Shown here piece after piece: positions 20,772 through 31,510 of a DNA stretch of 64,000 nt (within the stretch, counting starts at the first letter, position 1; every line of letters begins with the position of its first letter). A program made the position numbers and the translations under genes. The stretch lies in NCBI GenBank assembly GCA_963789955.1, contig CAWBMV010000034.1:672001-736000 (forward strand). Direction: 5' to 3'. Under the pieces are notes generated by a model. It did not search any database. It was not told the DNA's origin and worked only from the letters and a program-made list of their open reading frames with translations. This DNA is from an uncultured Candidatus Rokubacteria bacterium (GTDB taxonomy: Bacteria; Methylomirabilota; Methylomirabilia; Rokubacteriales; CSP1-6).

Positions 20772-20921
20772 TCGGCGCGGGGAGCGGGGGCGGGTGGGGC
20801 TGCCCGTGACCTGCGCGCCTCATGCGCTGCTAGCTTCTGCTGACACTGTGTACGTTCCGGGCAACCGTGCCTACACAGGTCACGGGCAGCCCCACCCGCC
20901 CCCGCTCCCCGCGCCGATCAG
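20768..20921. repeat. 46-bp perfect inverted repeat with 62-bp spacer (MITE/REP-like)
   Basis: 20768-20813 CTGATCGGCGCGGGGAGCGGGGGCGGGTGGGGCTGCCCGTGACCTG is the exact reverse complement of 20876-20921. Confidence 0.9.
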
Positions 20922-21111
20922 CCCTTTCGGGCTTAGGTCTGAAATCCAGGGAGGCTCTTGAACGTCGCGCTTCGGTTCATGCGCTTGGTGGCCGCTGCAT
21001 ATTGGTTGCGCTGCAGGTGGCGTTACTGCCAACGCCAGGGGTGGGTCGATTTAGCTCTGGGCGTGCTGGTTTGTTTCGGGAGTGGCGCGCGGGCTGCGCC
21101 GCTGGCGGGGG

Positions 21112-22045
21112 TTAGCGGGCTTTCAGGGTGGTGAGGCGTTCGCGGGCCAGGGATGTTTCTTCGGCGCGGGGGAAATTGTCGACGAGGTATTGGAGGCGGG
21201 CCTGGGCGAGCGCCGGCTGCTTCAGGTCGAGGAGCGCGAGCGCTTCCTTGTACAGAGCGGTCGGGACCTTGTCGGCGCGCGGGTAGTTGGCCTGGACCTT
21301 CTTGAATTCCTGCACGGCTTGCTCGAGTGACTCGGAGGCCTTGTCGTTCTGGCTCGCGTCGGTGAACCCGCGTGCGAGCGAGAGATAAGCCTCGCCGATC
21401 CAGTACTGGGCGCTGCCGGCGAGCTCATGATCGGGATAGCGCCGGAGGAACTCGCGGAATCCCGCGATCGCGAGCGAATAGCTTCCCTTGCTGAAGTCGA
21501 TGTACGCCGCCTGATAGATGTCCTGCGGCTGGAGCGCGCCGGTGGTCGGTCGAGGCGGCACAGCTGCGACCGCCCCCGGAGTCGATCCTGCCGATGTTCC
21601 GGCCGGTGCGCCAGAAGTAGGACCGGCGAGACGCTCCAGGCGGAGTGGCCACCGGAGGCCGAGGCGTTGTCGCGGCAGCGCCGGCCGCACCGGCTGCCGG
21701 AGCGGTCGCGCGCAGCTGCCGATTGACCGAGTCCAGCTTCGTGCTGAGCTCGTCAACGCGGCCCGACAGGCTCGTCACCGTATCATTGAGGCTGTCGATC
21801 TGGCGGTTGAGCGTCGCGACTTGCCGGTCGCGCTCGCCGGCTTGCTCGCGCACGCGCTTGTCGACTTGCGCGGAGATGGCGTCCGCGTCGACTCTGCCGC
21901 GCTGGGCCGATTGCTGGGCGGCCGCCATCTCCTGGCGGAGCTGCAGCAGATCCTGTTGGGTGGCGACGCCGGTCGCTTCCTGAACCTCGGCGCAGCCGGC
22001 CAGCGACAGGGCGAGGAGAAGCCCGAGCCCTCTCCCCGCCGACAG
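21112..22045 (-). CDS. cpoB: Tol-Pal protein CpoB/YbgF (frameshift in Pro/Ala linker near 21640; start uncertain)
   Basis: Lipobox LSLAGC, coiled coil, TPR region YQAAYIDFSKGSYSLAIAGFREFLRRYP...AQYWIGE...KVPTALYK; follows pal. Confidence 0.85.
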
Positions 22046-22059
22046 GACCTTACGCGGGC

Positions 22060-22642
22060 CTAGCGAGGCTTGACGAGGAAGTTCGCGCGGCGATTCTTCG
22101 CCCAACACGCCTCGGTCTTCTCGGTGCAAACCGGCCGCTCCTCGCCGTAGCTGATGATGGTGATGCGGTTGGCCTGGATGCCCTGGGACACGAGATAGTT
22201 CATCGTCGCTTTCGCGCGCCGCTCGCCGAGCGCCAGGTTGTACTCGTTGGTGCCGCGCTCGTCGCAGTGGCCTTCGATCAGCACGAGGTTGTCGCCGTTC
22301 GACTTCAGCCACGTTGCGTTGGCGTCGAGAGTCTTCGCGTCCTCGGGGCGGATGTCGTACTTGTCGAAATCGAAATAGACTTCTTTCAGCGCCGCGACGG
22401 CCATGAACTCCTTCGGCACGGGCCGCGGAGCCGGCGCCGGGGCCGCCGCAGCGGGAGCGGGCGGAGCCGGCGGCCGGCGAAGGCGCGCTCGGAGCCGGCG
22501 CCGGAGCCGGGCTCGGCGCGGCCGCCGGCGCCGGCGCGGCTGCCGATGCCGCCATCGTCGCGGGCCGCTTCGCGCAGCCGGTGATCATCAGCCCTGCCAG
22601 CAGCAGCGACATCAGCGTGACTTGCGCGGCGCGCGTAACCAT
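22060..22642 (-). CDS. pal: Peptidoglycan-associated lipoprotein (frameshift in linker near 22470)
   Basis: Lipobox MITGC; VYFDFDKYDI, IEGHCDERGTNEYNLALGERRA, ISYGEERP, KNRRA. Confidence 0.93.
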
Positions 22643-22695
22643 GACGCCTCCTTGAGCCTCCGCTCTAAACGCCCGTTGTTCAGCCACTGATGCTA

Positions 22696-24057
22696 TCACG
22701 GGAGGCGCGGCGACCATGAGGGACTTGTGGACTCCGCCGCGCCCGACGTGATCTGTGTCGTCGACGTGCCGTCGAGCAGCATGATGTACACCTGCCAACG
22801 ACCCGAGCGGTTCGACTGGAACGCGAGATGGCGTCCGTCGGGTGCCCACGCCGCGCCCTGATTGTCCCCTTGACCGGTCGTCAGCGGGCGCGCGTTCGTC
22901 CCGCCGGGGCTGATCGCCCAGAGGTTGTGCGTGCCCTCCCGCTGTGTGTAGACGATCGTGTCGCCTTTCGGCGACCACCGCGGCTGCGTGTGGAAGCCGC
23001 CGTTGGTCAGCTGCCGCACGTTCGAGCCGTCACGGTCCATCACGAAGATCCGCGGCTGACCGGCCCGATCGGACACGAACGCGATCTGCTGGCCGGTCGG
23101 TGACCACGACGGCTCCGTGTCGATCGAGGCGTGACGCGTGAGGCGCTGGAGCGCGCCGGTCGCGACCGTGAGGATGTAGATCTCCGGATTGCCGTCCTTC
23201 GAGAGCGTGAGCGCGAGAAATTGACCGTCGGGGCTCCAGGCCGGGGACGAGTTGATCCCGTGAAACGAGGAGAGCGTCTGGATGCCGCGTCGCGGCTCGA
23301 AGGGGAACAGGCGGAAGAGGTCGGGGTAGCCGTTCATGAACGACGTGAAGGCGATCGACCGAGCGTCCGGGCTCCACACGGGCGAGAGATTGATCGAGCC
23401 GTTGCGGGTCACCGGGCTCGTACCGACCCCGTCGTAGTCGGCGACGACGATCTCCTTCGCGCCGGACGGGCCGACGACGTACGAGATCTTCGTGTCGGCC
23501 ACGCCCTTCTCGCCGGTGAACTGCAGGACGATCTCGTCGGCGATCTTGTGGGCGAGTCGCCGGCGCCAGTCGGCGCCCGACGTCGGCGGCTGCGGCGCCG
23601 CGGCCTCGAACTTGCGCGACGCGATCAGGCGGAAATTCGGCGATGTCAGGTCGTAGAGCCGGACTTCGGCCTCGACGCGATCACCGCGGATCGTCAGGAG
23701 CCCATGGGCGCCGGCGTGAGCGCCGGCCGCCGCGAAATTGATCCAGGCTTGTTGGAGCGCCTCGGGGTTGTTCGCGGGAATGCGATCCGTTCCGGCCACG
23801 ACGCTGAACAGGCCGGAGAGCGTGAGGTCGTTGCCGGCGACCGTGGGGAGAAGCCGCGAGAGGCCCCCGGCGTCGGATCCGTTGACGATTGCGAAGTCGG
23901 GAAGCGCGATGTTGAGCTTCGTACTGCCGCCGCCGGTGACGTTGATGTAGACGTCCGGCGGGGCTTGAGCGCGCACCGGCGACGTCGGCGCCCAGAGGCC
24001 GACGGCCGTGAAGACCATGAACCCGGTGAGGAGCATGACGAGAGCGATACGTCGCAC
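22696..24057 (-). CDS. tolB: TolB beta-propeller protein
   Basis: Signal peptide, LAHKIADEIV..FTG, repeated SP.WSPDG (PD40) units. Confidence 0.93.
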   Translation of the reverse strand: MRRIALVMLLTGFMVFTAVGLWAPTSPVRAQAPPDVYINVTGGGSTKLNIALPDFAIVNGSDAGGLSRLLPTVAGNDLTLSGLFSVVAGTDRIPANNPEALQQAWINFAAAGAHAGAHGLLTIRGDRVEAEVRLYDLTSPNFRLIASRKFEAAAPQPPTSGADWRRRLAHKIADEIVLQFTGEKGVADTKISYVVGPSGAKEIVVADYDGVGTSPVTRNGSINLSPVWSPDARSIAFTSFMNGYPDLFRLFPFEPRRGIQTLSSFHGINSSPAWSPDGQFLALTLSKDGNPEIYILTVATGALQRLTRHASIDTEPSWSPTGQQIAFVSDRAGQPRIFVMDRDGSNVRQLTNGGFHTQPRWSPKGDTIVYTQREGTHNLWAISPGGTNARPLTTGQGDNQGAAWAPDGRHLAFQSNRSGRWQVYIMLLDGTSTTQITSGAAESTSPSWSPRLP

Positions 24058-24060
24058 CGG

Positions 24061-24929
24061 TTATCCCCCTGTCGGATCGAAGCCGAACTGCAGGCCGATC
24101 CTTAGTACGGGTTTCTTGAAATCGTCGGGCAACGGCGGAAACGGTCCGGCGTCGTTGAGCGCCCGGAGGGCGACCTGATCGTAGTACGCGTTGCCCGAGC
24201 TCTTCTCGATCGCGGCCAGGTTCAGCCGGCCGTCGCGCCGGATCTCGAACACGACGATGGGCTGCGAGCCGGGAATGGCTCGCCCGTTCCACTGCGCCCG
24301 AATCTTCTCGGTCACCTGGCGAAGGTAGTACGCGTACGGAAAGTCGGAGACGTTGAGCGTGAGCGGGCCGGCCCCCGACGCCGACCCTGTCGCCGCGCCG
24401 AGCGGTGGCGGCGGGGGGGCGCTGCTCTCGCGCCGAGCCGGTGCCGCGGTCGGCGTGGGCGTCGGTGTCGCGCTCGCCACCTTGGGCAGCTCCTTCTCAT
24501 CGGGCCGCGGCCGGGTTGGCGCCGAGGGCGGCGGACTACGGCGATCGGGGAGCCCGATCGAATCTCGCGCCGGCAGATCGCGCACCGGGAGGTCGCGGGA
24601 CGGGAGGTCGCGAGAGGGCAGATCGCGGGCGACCTCGCGCCGCGGCAGCTCGGCCGGGGGAGCCGGTTTGGGGGCCGGCGCCTCCTCGACCTTCGGAGGC
24701 GGAGGCATGGTGACGCCCTTGGGCGACCCGATGGCCGCGGTCGCCGGAGCGAGCACGACGTACACCGCGGCTTCGTTCGCCGGTCGCTCCACATCGAGGC
24801 GCCAAAGATCACCACCGCGAGCAGGATGACGTGCAGGATCGCGGAGACGAACGTCGGTCCCAGCGGCAGCCGAAGTCGGCCCAGCGCCGGCCCGATGTGG
24901 AACTGCATCCGGAGAGCCCCGGCAGGCAC
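24061..24929 (-). CDS. tolA: TolA/TonB-like energy transducer (frameshift near 24795)
   Basis: TM with SxxxH (VSAILHVILL), Pro-rich linker, C-terminal domain FEIRRDG...SSGN..YDQ.ALRAL...PFPPLP. Confidence 0.82.
24568..24627 (-). repeat. Four tandem 15-bp coding repeats (RDLPx) in the TolA linker
   Basis: RDLPS-RDLPS-RDLPV-RDLPA. Confidence 0.75.
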
Positions 24930-24942
24930 TGCCGTCGCGGTC

Positions 24943-25368
24943 TCAGCGCTCCCGAGCCGGCTCGGTGACCATTCCGAGTCGCTCGATGCCCGCGCGACGG
25001 ACGCGGTCCATCGTCTCCACGACCGCGCCGTACGAGAGCGCGGAGTCTGCCTTGAGGTAGAGCGTCTTGTCGTTGCGGTTGGCGAACGCCTGGCGAAGGG
25101 TCAGTTCGAGCCCGTTCGGCGGCACCCGCTTCTCGTTCAAGAAGAGCGTCTGGTCCTTGGTGACGGTGAGCACCATGCGCTCTTCGACGGCGGTGGGCTT
25201 CGACGCGGCCCTCGGAAGGTTGACGTCGATTCCGCGGTACATCATCGGCGCGGTCAGCATGAAGATCAGCAGCAGGACCAGCACGACGTCGACGAGCGGA
25301 ATGATGTTGATCTCGGCGAGGTTGGTGCCGATCCGGCGCGGGCCCTGGGACTCCTCGGCCTTGAACAT
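24943..25368 (-). CDS. tolR: TolR/ExbD
   Basis: EINIIPLVDVVLVLLLIFMLTAP, LKADSALSYG.V. Confidence 0.92.
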   Translation of the reverse strand: MFKAEESQGPRRIGTNLAEINIIPLVDVVLVLLLIFMLTAPMMYRGIDVNLPRAASKPTAVEERMVLTVTKDQTLFLNEKRVPPNGLELTLRQAFANRNDKTLYLKADSALSYGAVVETMDRVRRAGIERLGMVTEPARER

Positions 25369-25378
25369 CGCGGCCGGC

Positions 25379-26086
<708 letters not shown>

Positions 26087-26138
26087 GCACGCTCCTTTCG
26101 TTTGCGTTCCGCTTATCTACGGCATTATAACCACATCC

Positions 26139-26894
26139 GTGCGGCGCACCCTCCTCCTCCCGCTCGTGCTCGCCGCGCTCGGCGTGGGTACCCCGGAGGC
26201 GCGGGCCCAGGATGCACGGGCCGCGGTCGAGGCCTTCGTCGCCCGTGTGTCGGACGTCCAGATCAACGACCTCGTCATCGACCAGAACCTGACCCTGTAC
26301 CACCCCGACGGGCAGCGCCGCGTGTCGGGGGGCGAGCAGCGCATGCTGTTCAAGCTTCCGCAGCGCCAGCGCGTGGAGCAGACCGTCGAGGGGCAGCGCG
26401 AGATCCAGCTCACGGTCGGTGACCGCGTCTGGGTGCGGCGGGCCGACGGCAAGGTGTCGCAAGCCGCCGCCCCCGAGGCGACCCGCACGCTCACGCACGT
26501 GCTGGTTCCGGTGAAGCGGCGAGCCGCAGACCTGCTGGCGGATTGGCGTTCGCGGGGCATCCGAGACGATGTGAGTCATGTGACACGCGTGGGGGGCCGA
26601 CCGGTCACGGTGATCGGCGCGCGGCCGGGCGATCACGAGGTTCCGGCGGTGTGGCTCGACCCGGACTATGGCGTCGTGCGGATCGTCACGCGCGAGCGGC
26701 TCCCGAACGGCACGCGGCTGCTCGACCTGACGTTCTCCGAGCATCGGCCGCTGGTCGGTAAGCTCTACTTCCCGTATCGCCAGGAAGTCTTCGTCGACGG
26801 CAAGCTGCTGGTGCTGCTCACCGTGCGCTCGGTGGCGATCAACACCAATCCCGCCGATGCGCTGTTCGATCCCGCCAGCCTGAAGTCACCCTGA
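26139..26894 (+). CDS. Exported LolA-like / outer-membrane lipoprotein-sorting fold protein
   Basis: Signal peptide; beta-rich; VWLDPDYGVVR and C-terminal NTNPADALF typical of LolA-like folds. Confidence 0.6.
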   Translation: MRRTLLLPLVLAALGVGTPEARAQDARAAVEAFVARVSDVQINDLVIDQNLTLYHPDGQRRVSGGEQRMLFKLPQRQRVEQTVEGQREIQLTVGDRVWVRRADGKVSQAAAPEATRTLTHVLVPVKRRAADLLADWRSRGIRDDVSHVTRVGGRPVTVIGARPGDHEVPAVWLDPDYGVVRIVTRERLPNGTRLLDLTFSEHRPLVGKLYFPYRQEVFVDGKLLVLLTVRSVAINTNPADALFDPASLKSP

Positions 26895-27673
26895 TGCACT
26901 TCGCGTTCCTGGGGACATCGGCTTCGGTCCCGTCCGCCACGCGCGACACGACGTCGATCGTGGTCGTGGTGCCGGCCGGCGCGGTGCTGATCGATTGCGG
27001 CGGCAGCCCGATCCAGAAGCTCCAGCGCGCCGGTATCGATCCGCAGGCGCTCGCGGCGGTCGTCATCACCCACATTCACCCGGATCATTCGTACGGGCTC
27101 CCGGCGCTCGTCCGGAACTTCGGCGTGCTCGGACGTCAGGCGCCGCTGACGATCTACTGCCGGCCGGAGCACGTCGAGCCGCTGCGAAGCCTCCTCACCC
27201 TGTTCAACACGCTCCAGCGCCCCGGCATGTTCACGGTCATCGTGCGGCCCATCGATCTCACGGAGGGCGCCCACGCCTTCGACCTGGGACCCCTGACGGT
27301 CAGAACTTCGCCGAACGACCACGGCGGCATGCCCAACTTCGCCGTGCGGGTGGACGCGGCGCGGGCTCAGAGCCTCGTGTACTCGTCCGACACGCGGCCG
27401 TGTGACGCGGTGGTCGCGCTTGCCCGCGGGGCCGACACCTTGGTCCATGATTCGACGTACTCGGAGCGTCACCGCAGCCGCGCCGGCGGGCACGCGCACT
27501 CGACGGCCGCCGAGGCCGGCGACGTTGCCGCGCGCGCGGGGGTGCGGCGCCTGATCCTCACGCACATCGGCGCCGAGTACCACGACGACGTGGGAGCGCT
27601 GGCCGAAGAGGCCCGCGAGCGGTTCTCCGGCGACGTCGAGGTTGCGCGCGAGCTCGTTCCGTACCCGCTCTAG
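26894..27673 (+). CDS. rnz: Ribonuclease Z / MBL-fold hydrolase
   Basis: FLGTSASVP, LIDCG, THIHPDHSYG, YSSDTRP, HSTAAEAG, LILTH. Confidence 0.8.
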   Translation: MHFAFLGTSASVPSATRDTTSIVVVVPAGAVLIDCGGSPIQKLQRAGIDPQALAAVVITHIHPDHSYGLPALVRNFGVLGRQAPLTIYCRPEHVEPLRSLLTLFNTLQRPGMFTVIVRPIDLTEGAHAFDLGPLTVRTSPNDHGGMPNFAVRVDAARAQSLVYSSDTRPCDAVVALARGADTLVHDSTYSERHRSRAGGHAHSTAAEAGDVAARAGVRRLILTHIGAEYHDDVGALAEEARERFSGDVEVARELVPYPL

Positions 27674-27700
27674 CCTCTCGTCTCACCTCGTTCGCTCGCT

Positions 27701-27837
27701 CGAGGCGCCGCGCCCGGCGAGGGTCGCGGACACGCGACCGACGCCGTCTCCCGCTCGCCCGAATCGCGGCTCTTCGAGCCGCGGGCGGGCGGCACGGCGG
27801 TCACGTCCCGCGACCCTCGCCGGGCGCGGCGTCCTCG
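27701..27837. repeat. Long branched palindrome with 24-bp perfect arms between convergent genes
   Basis: 27706-27729 CGCCGCGCCCGGCGAGGGTCGCGG pairs with 27808-27831; apical GCGGCTC-TTC-GAGCCGC. Confidence 0.8.
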
Positions 27838-27891
27838 CGTGATCACGGCTGGGACACGACCGGCGCGGTGAGGATGCGATCTGTTTGGAGC

Positions 27892-28464
27892 TCAGCGGGA
27901 GGTGAAGGGGCTGCCGTGGATCCAGAAGCGGAGGCGGAGGTCCACGGCGCGGGTGATCCCGATGCGGGGGCCGGAAGCGATGCGGAAGTCGCGGGGACGG
28001 TCCGGAGGCTCGATCGTGAAGAGGCCGCGGGTAAGGTCGGCCCCGTTTTCGCGCGACGTGATGCCGAGAGCCCGCGTGAGATTGCCAGGTCCGCTGGCCA
28101 GTCGGCTCGAGTCCGCGTCGACTCCCCGCCGCCGCGCCATCGTCGCGAGCCCGGCGACCGGCTCCAGGGCGCGGATCAATACGCATCCCGGGCGGCCCGA
28201 CGCGCCGGCAATGGCGTTCAGGCAGTAGTGGATCCCGTAGTTCAGGTAGACGTACGCGAAGCCGCCCTCACCATAGAAGAGCCAATGGCTGCCGGGCCTG
28301 AACGCCGCGTGCGATGCGGCGTCCTCCGGCCCGAGATACGCTTCCGTCTCGACGATTCGGCCCGCGGTGAGCGAGCGGCCGCGCCGTGATACGACGACGC
28401 ACCCGAGGAGATCGCGCGCGACCGCGCGCGCCGGGCGCGCATAGAAGCGACGCGGCAGCGGCAC
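27892..28464 (-). CDS. mpg: DNA-3-methyladenine glycosylase (AAG/MPG)
   Basis: VARDLLG, GRIVETEAY, YVYLNYGIHYCLN, VLIRALEP, GPGNL, GPRIGI. Confidence 0.93.
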   Translation of the reverse strand: MPLPRRFYARPARAVARDLLGCVVVSRRGRSLTAGRIVETEAYLGPEDAASHAAFRPGSHWLFYGEGGFAYVYLNYGIHYCLNAIAGASGRPGCVLIRALEPVAGLATMARRRGVDADSSRLASGPGNLTRALGITSRENGADLTRGLFTIEPPDRPRDFRIASGPRIGITRAVDLRLRFWIHGSPFTSR

Positions 28465-29685
28465 CTAGGCGAGGCGCTCGGCGACGAGGCGTCTGAGCGA
28501 GTCGAAATCGAAGGCGACGCCCGTGCGGCTCGGCGGCTCGCCCTCGGTCTTGAGCCCCGTTTCGCTGATGATCGCGCAGATGGTCTGCTCCGGGTCGAGG
28601 CGCTTGTCCGCGAGCAGACGGGCGAGCACTGCCAGGGCGGCGACGCCGGTGGGCCCGGCCCAGACGCCCTCGACCGTGGCGAGCCGCCGCTGGGTCTCGA
28701 GGATCTCGTCGTCCTCGGCGTCGCCGGCCACGCCCTTGCCCTCGCGAAGAAGTCGCAGAACCCACTCGCCTTTCTTGCCGGGATCTCCGGCCGCGAGGCC
28801 TTCGGCGACGGTGTAGCCGATCTTGAGCGGCGTGATCGCCGTGCCGTCGCGAAACGCGCGGGTGACGGCGTTGGCGCGCCGGGCCTGCGCGGCGACCATC
28901 AGCGGCGCGCGCGCGATCCAGCCCGCCTCGCGCATCTCGCGGAAGCCGCGCGCCGTCGCGATGAACGTCTCGCCGACGGCCACGGGCGCGACCACCACGT
29001 CGGGCACCGCCCAGCCCGTCTGCTCGGCGATCTCGTAGGCGAGCGTCTTCTTGCCTTCCTGCTTGTAGGCGTTGCGCGAGGCGCCGCAATCGAAGAAGAG
29101 GTGGTCCTCGACGAGCCGATCCCAGATCTTGATGAGGTCGTCGTAGACACCTTTGTAGATGATGAGGTCCGTCGTCGTCGCGGCCATGTGCAGGAGCTTG
29201 GGCGCCGAGGCCCGCTCGTAGGCGAAGATCAGCGAGCGGAGCCCGGCACGCGCCGAGTAGGCGGCGATCGACGAGCCCGCGTTTCCCGAGCTGACGACGG
29301 ACGTCGCGCGATAGCCGAAGCGCAGCGCGGCGCCGATCGCCGTGGCCGACGAGCGGTCCTTGACGGTCCCGGTGGGGTTCGCGCCGTCGAACTTCAGCAG
29401 GAGCCGCCGCACCCCCAGCTCGCGGGCGAGCCGCGGGCAGTCGAGCAGCGGCGTGCCACCCTCGCCGAGCGTGACCCGATGGGCCGGATCCGCGATCGGA
29501 AGAACCGGTGCGTAGCGCCAGAGGCCCGAGCCCGCGAGCAGCCCCGGGCCGGCGGCGCGCATGCGGGCGATGTCGTAGCGGAGCTCGAGAAGGCCGCGGC
29601 ACGCGCTGCACTCGAGCCGGTAGGTCAGCGGATAGACCGCTCCGCAGTCGATGCAGGTCAGGTTCTCGGCCAGGGATTCGGTCAC
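28465..29685 (-). CDS. Threonine synthase-like PLP (fold type II) enzyme with N-terminal Zn ribbon
   Basis: CIDC/CSAC, LWRY, TLGEGGTPL, NPTGTVKDR, SSGNAG, EGKKTLAYEIAEQ. Confidence 0.85.
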   Translation of the reverse strand: MTESLAENLTCIDCGAVYPLTYRLECSACRGLLELRYDIARMRAAGPGLLAGSGLWRYAPVLPIADPAHRVTLGEGGTPLLDCPRLARELGVRRLLLKFDGANPTGTVKDRSSATAIGAALRFGYRATSVVSSGNAGSSIAAYSARAGLRSLIFAYERASAPKLLHMAATTTDLIIYKGVYDDLIKIWDRLVEDHLFFDCGASRNAYKQEGKKTLAYEIAEQTGWAVPDVVVAPVAVGETFIATARGFREMREAGWIARAPLMVAAQARRANAVTRAFRDGTAITPLKIGYTVAEGLAAGDPGKKGEWVLRLLREGKGVAGDAEDDEILETQRRLATVEGVWAGPTGVAALAVLARLLADKRLDPEQTICAIISETGLKTEGEPPSRTGVAFDFDSLRRLVAERLA

Positions 29686-30674
29686 GTGCGCTTGCCGAAC
29701 CGTTCTTCGACCATCGCCAGCATCGTCTCGATGCGGTGGCGCAGGGTGTGTTCCGCGAGCGCGCGGCGGCGCGCGTTGGCGCCGATCTCGCGCGCTTCGT
29801 CGGGGTGCTCGAGGTGCACGTCGAGCTGGCGGCGCAGCTCGCCCAGGTCGCGATAACCGACGATCTCCTCGCCGGGCTTGAAGAGCGGCAGCAGGTCGTC
29901 CTTCAGGTCGACGACCTGACAGGCGCCGGCGGCGGCGAGCTCGAAGGTCCGCGTGTTCACGCCGACGATGTCGTTCATCGGATGGTGGTGGTTGAGCGAC
30001 AGGCTCGACGCGGCGTACACGAGGAGCTTTTCGTTCCCGAACACGGGCGGCCCTGCGATCGCGCGCACCATCGGATCGTCCGCGGCCGTCCAGCCGCCGC
30101 CCCAGAGCTTCAGCGGGTAGTCGCGCAGCGCCCGGACGAAGCGCTCGCGGTACGGATAGCGGTTGCCGACGAACGAGATCTGCGCCCCGTAGCGCTTGGC
30201 CTCGTCCGGTGTCGGCGTCACCGGATGGTGCGCGGACGGCACGCAGTACATCGGCAGGTACGCGAGGTTGCGCAGCCCGACCTGCTCGAGGCTCCTCATC
30301 GCGTAGCGCTCTTTCGTGAAGAAGAGATCGTAGGCCTCGATCGCCTCGAACGGCATCATCCAGAGCGGATTGTCGGGAAAGAAGTTCAGGAAGAGCGCGT
30401 CGATCTTGCGCTTCACGCGCGCGATCAGCGCGGCGGTGATCGGTCCACCCTTGATGACCAGGACCAGACTCGGACGCCAGGCCAGGCACTCGCGCTCGAG
30501 CGATCGGAGCAGGAGCGCCTGGTACGCGCCCTTCGTGCCGCGATTCTTGTAGAGGGCGTTGTCCTTGCGGTATTCGAACGTGCGGACCTCGTGACCGAGC
30601 GCGCGCAGCTCGTCGGCGAAGTCCATCCCCATGAGCCCGGGCCGTTCAAAGGGGAGGACGACCAGCCAGCGCAC
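29682..30674 (-). CDS. CgeB-like glycosyltransferase (Glyco_trans_1_2)
   Basis: ISFVGN.YPYR, LKLWGGGW, VNTRTFELAAAG, HTLRHR; start may be up to 30710. Confidence 0.85.
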   Translation of the reverse strand: MRWLVVLPFERPGLMGMDFADELRALGHEVRTFEYRKDNALYKNRGTKGAYQALLLRSLERECLAWRPSLVLVIKGGPITAALIARVKRKIDALFLNFFPDNPLWMMPFEAIEAYDLFFTKERYAMRSLEQVGLRNLAYLPMYCVPSAHHPVTPTPDEAKRYGAQISFVGNRYPYRERFVRALRDYPLKLWGGGWTAADDPMVRAIAGPPVFGNEKLLVYAASSLSLNHHHPMNDIVGVNTRTFELAAAGACQVVDLKDDLLPLFKPGEEIVGYRDLGELRRQLDVHLEHPDEAREIGANARRRALAEHTLRHRIETMLAMVEERFGKRT

Positions 30675-30719
30675 GGCTCGTAGCGTAGCATACGGGCCGC
30701 GCTGTATCATGGCCGCGCC

Positions 30720-31478
30720 GTGAAGGTTCGAGCCCTGCAGCGACAGGTACCTTCGCTCCTGCTCTTCGCCGCGCTGCTCGTGATCTGGCAGGTGTTGCCG
30801 CCTGTCTTCGGGATTCGCGAATACCTGTTACCCGGTCCGGTGGCCGTGGTCCGCGCGGCGCTGAGCTTCTCGATCCCGTGGCATACGCACCTCTGGGTCA
30901 CGACGCTCGAGATCCTCGGCGGCTTCGTGCTGGCCGGCGTCGCCGGTGTCGCGCTGGGCGTCGCGATCGCGTGGTCGCCGACGATCGCGCGAGCGCTGGT
31001 GCCGTTCCTCGTGTTCGTGAACACCCTGCCCAAGGTCGCGGTCGCCCCGCTGTTCCTGCTGTGGCTCGGCTACGGCATCGTGCCGAACGTCCTCATCGCC
31101 GCGCTGATCGGCTTCTTCCCGGTCGTGATCAACACCGCGATGGGGCTCACCCAGGTCGACGACGAGATGCTCGACCTCGGCCGCGTGTTCGGCGCGCCGA
31201 CGTGGAAGGTCTTCCTGAAGATCCGCCTGCCGAACGCGCTCCCGTACGTGCTCTCGGCGCTGAAGATCACCGCGACCGCCGCGGTGGTGGGTGCGATCGT
31301 CGGCGAGTTCGTCGCCTCGCAGGCCGGCCTCGGGATGGTCATCGTCAACGCGCAGACGAACCTCAACACGCCGGTGGCATTCGCCGCGTTGCTCTGGATC
31401 TCGATCATCGGTCTCGCGCTCTACGGCGCCGTGGGCCTGGCGGCCCGCTGGTGGGCCCCCTGGGCCGACACGACCTGA
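30720..31478 (+). CDS. NitT/TauT family ABC permease
   Basis: LPGP..V, PKVAVAPL...W.G.G, KIRLPNALP, GAIVGEF. Confidence 0.9.
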   Translation: MKVRALQRQVPSLLLFAALLVIWQVLPPVFGIREYLLPGPVAVVRAALSFSIPWHTHLWVTTLEILGGFVLAGVAGVALGVAIAWSPTIARALVPFLVFVNTLPKVAVAPLFLLWLGYGIVPNVLIAALIGFFPVVINTAMGLTQVDDEMLDLGRVFGAPTWKVFLKIRLPNALPYVLSALKITATAAVVGAIVGEFVASQAGLGMVIVNAQTNLNTPVAFAALLWISIIGLALYGAVGLAARWWAPWADTT

Positions 31479-31510
31479 GAGCGTGGCGCCCACCCCAGGA
31501 GGACATGTCG

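Noticed and set aside
20922..21110. tRNA downstream of cpoB
   Set aside because: No cloverleaf or T-loop GTTCRA on either strand
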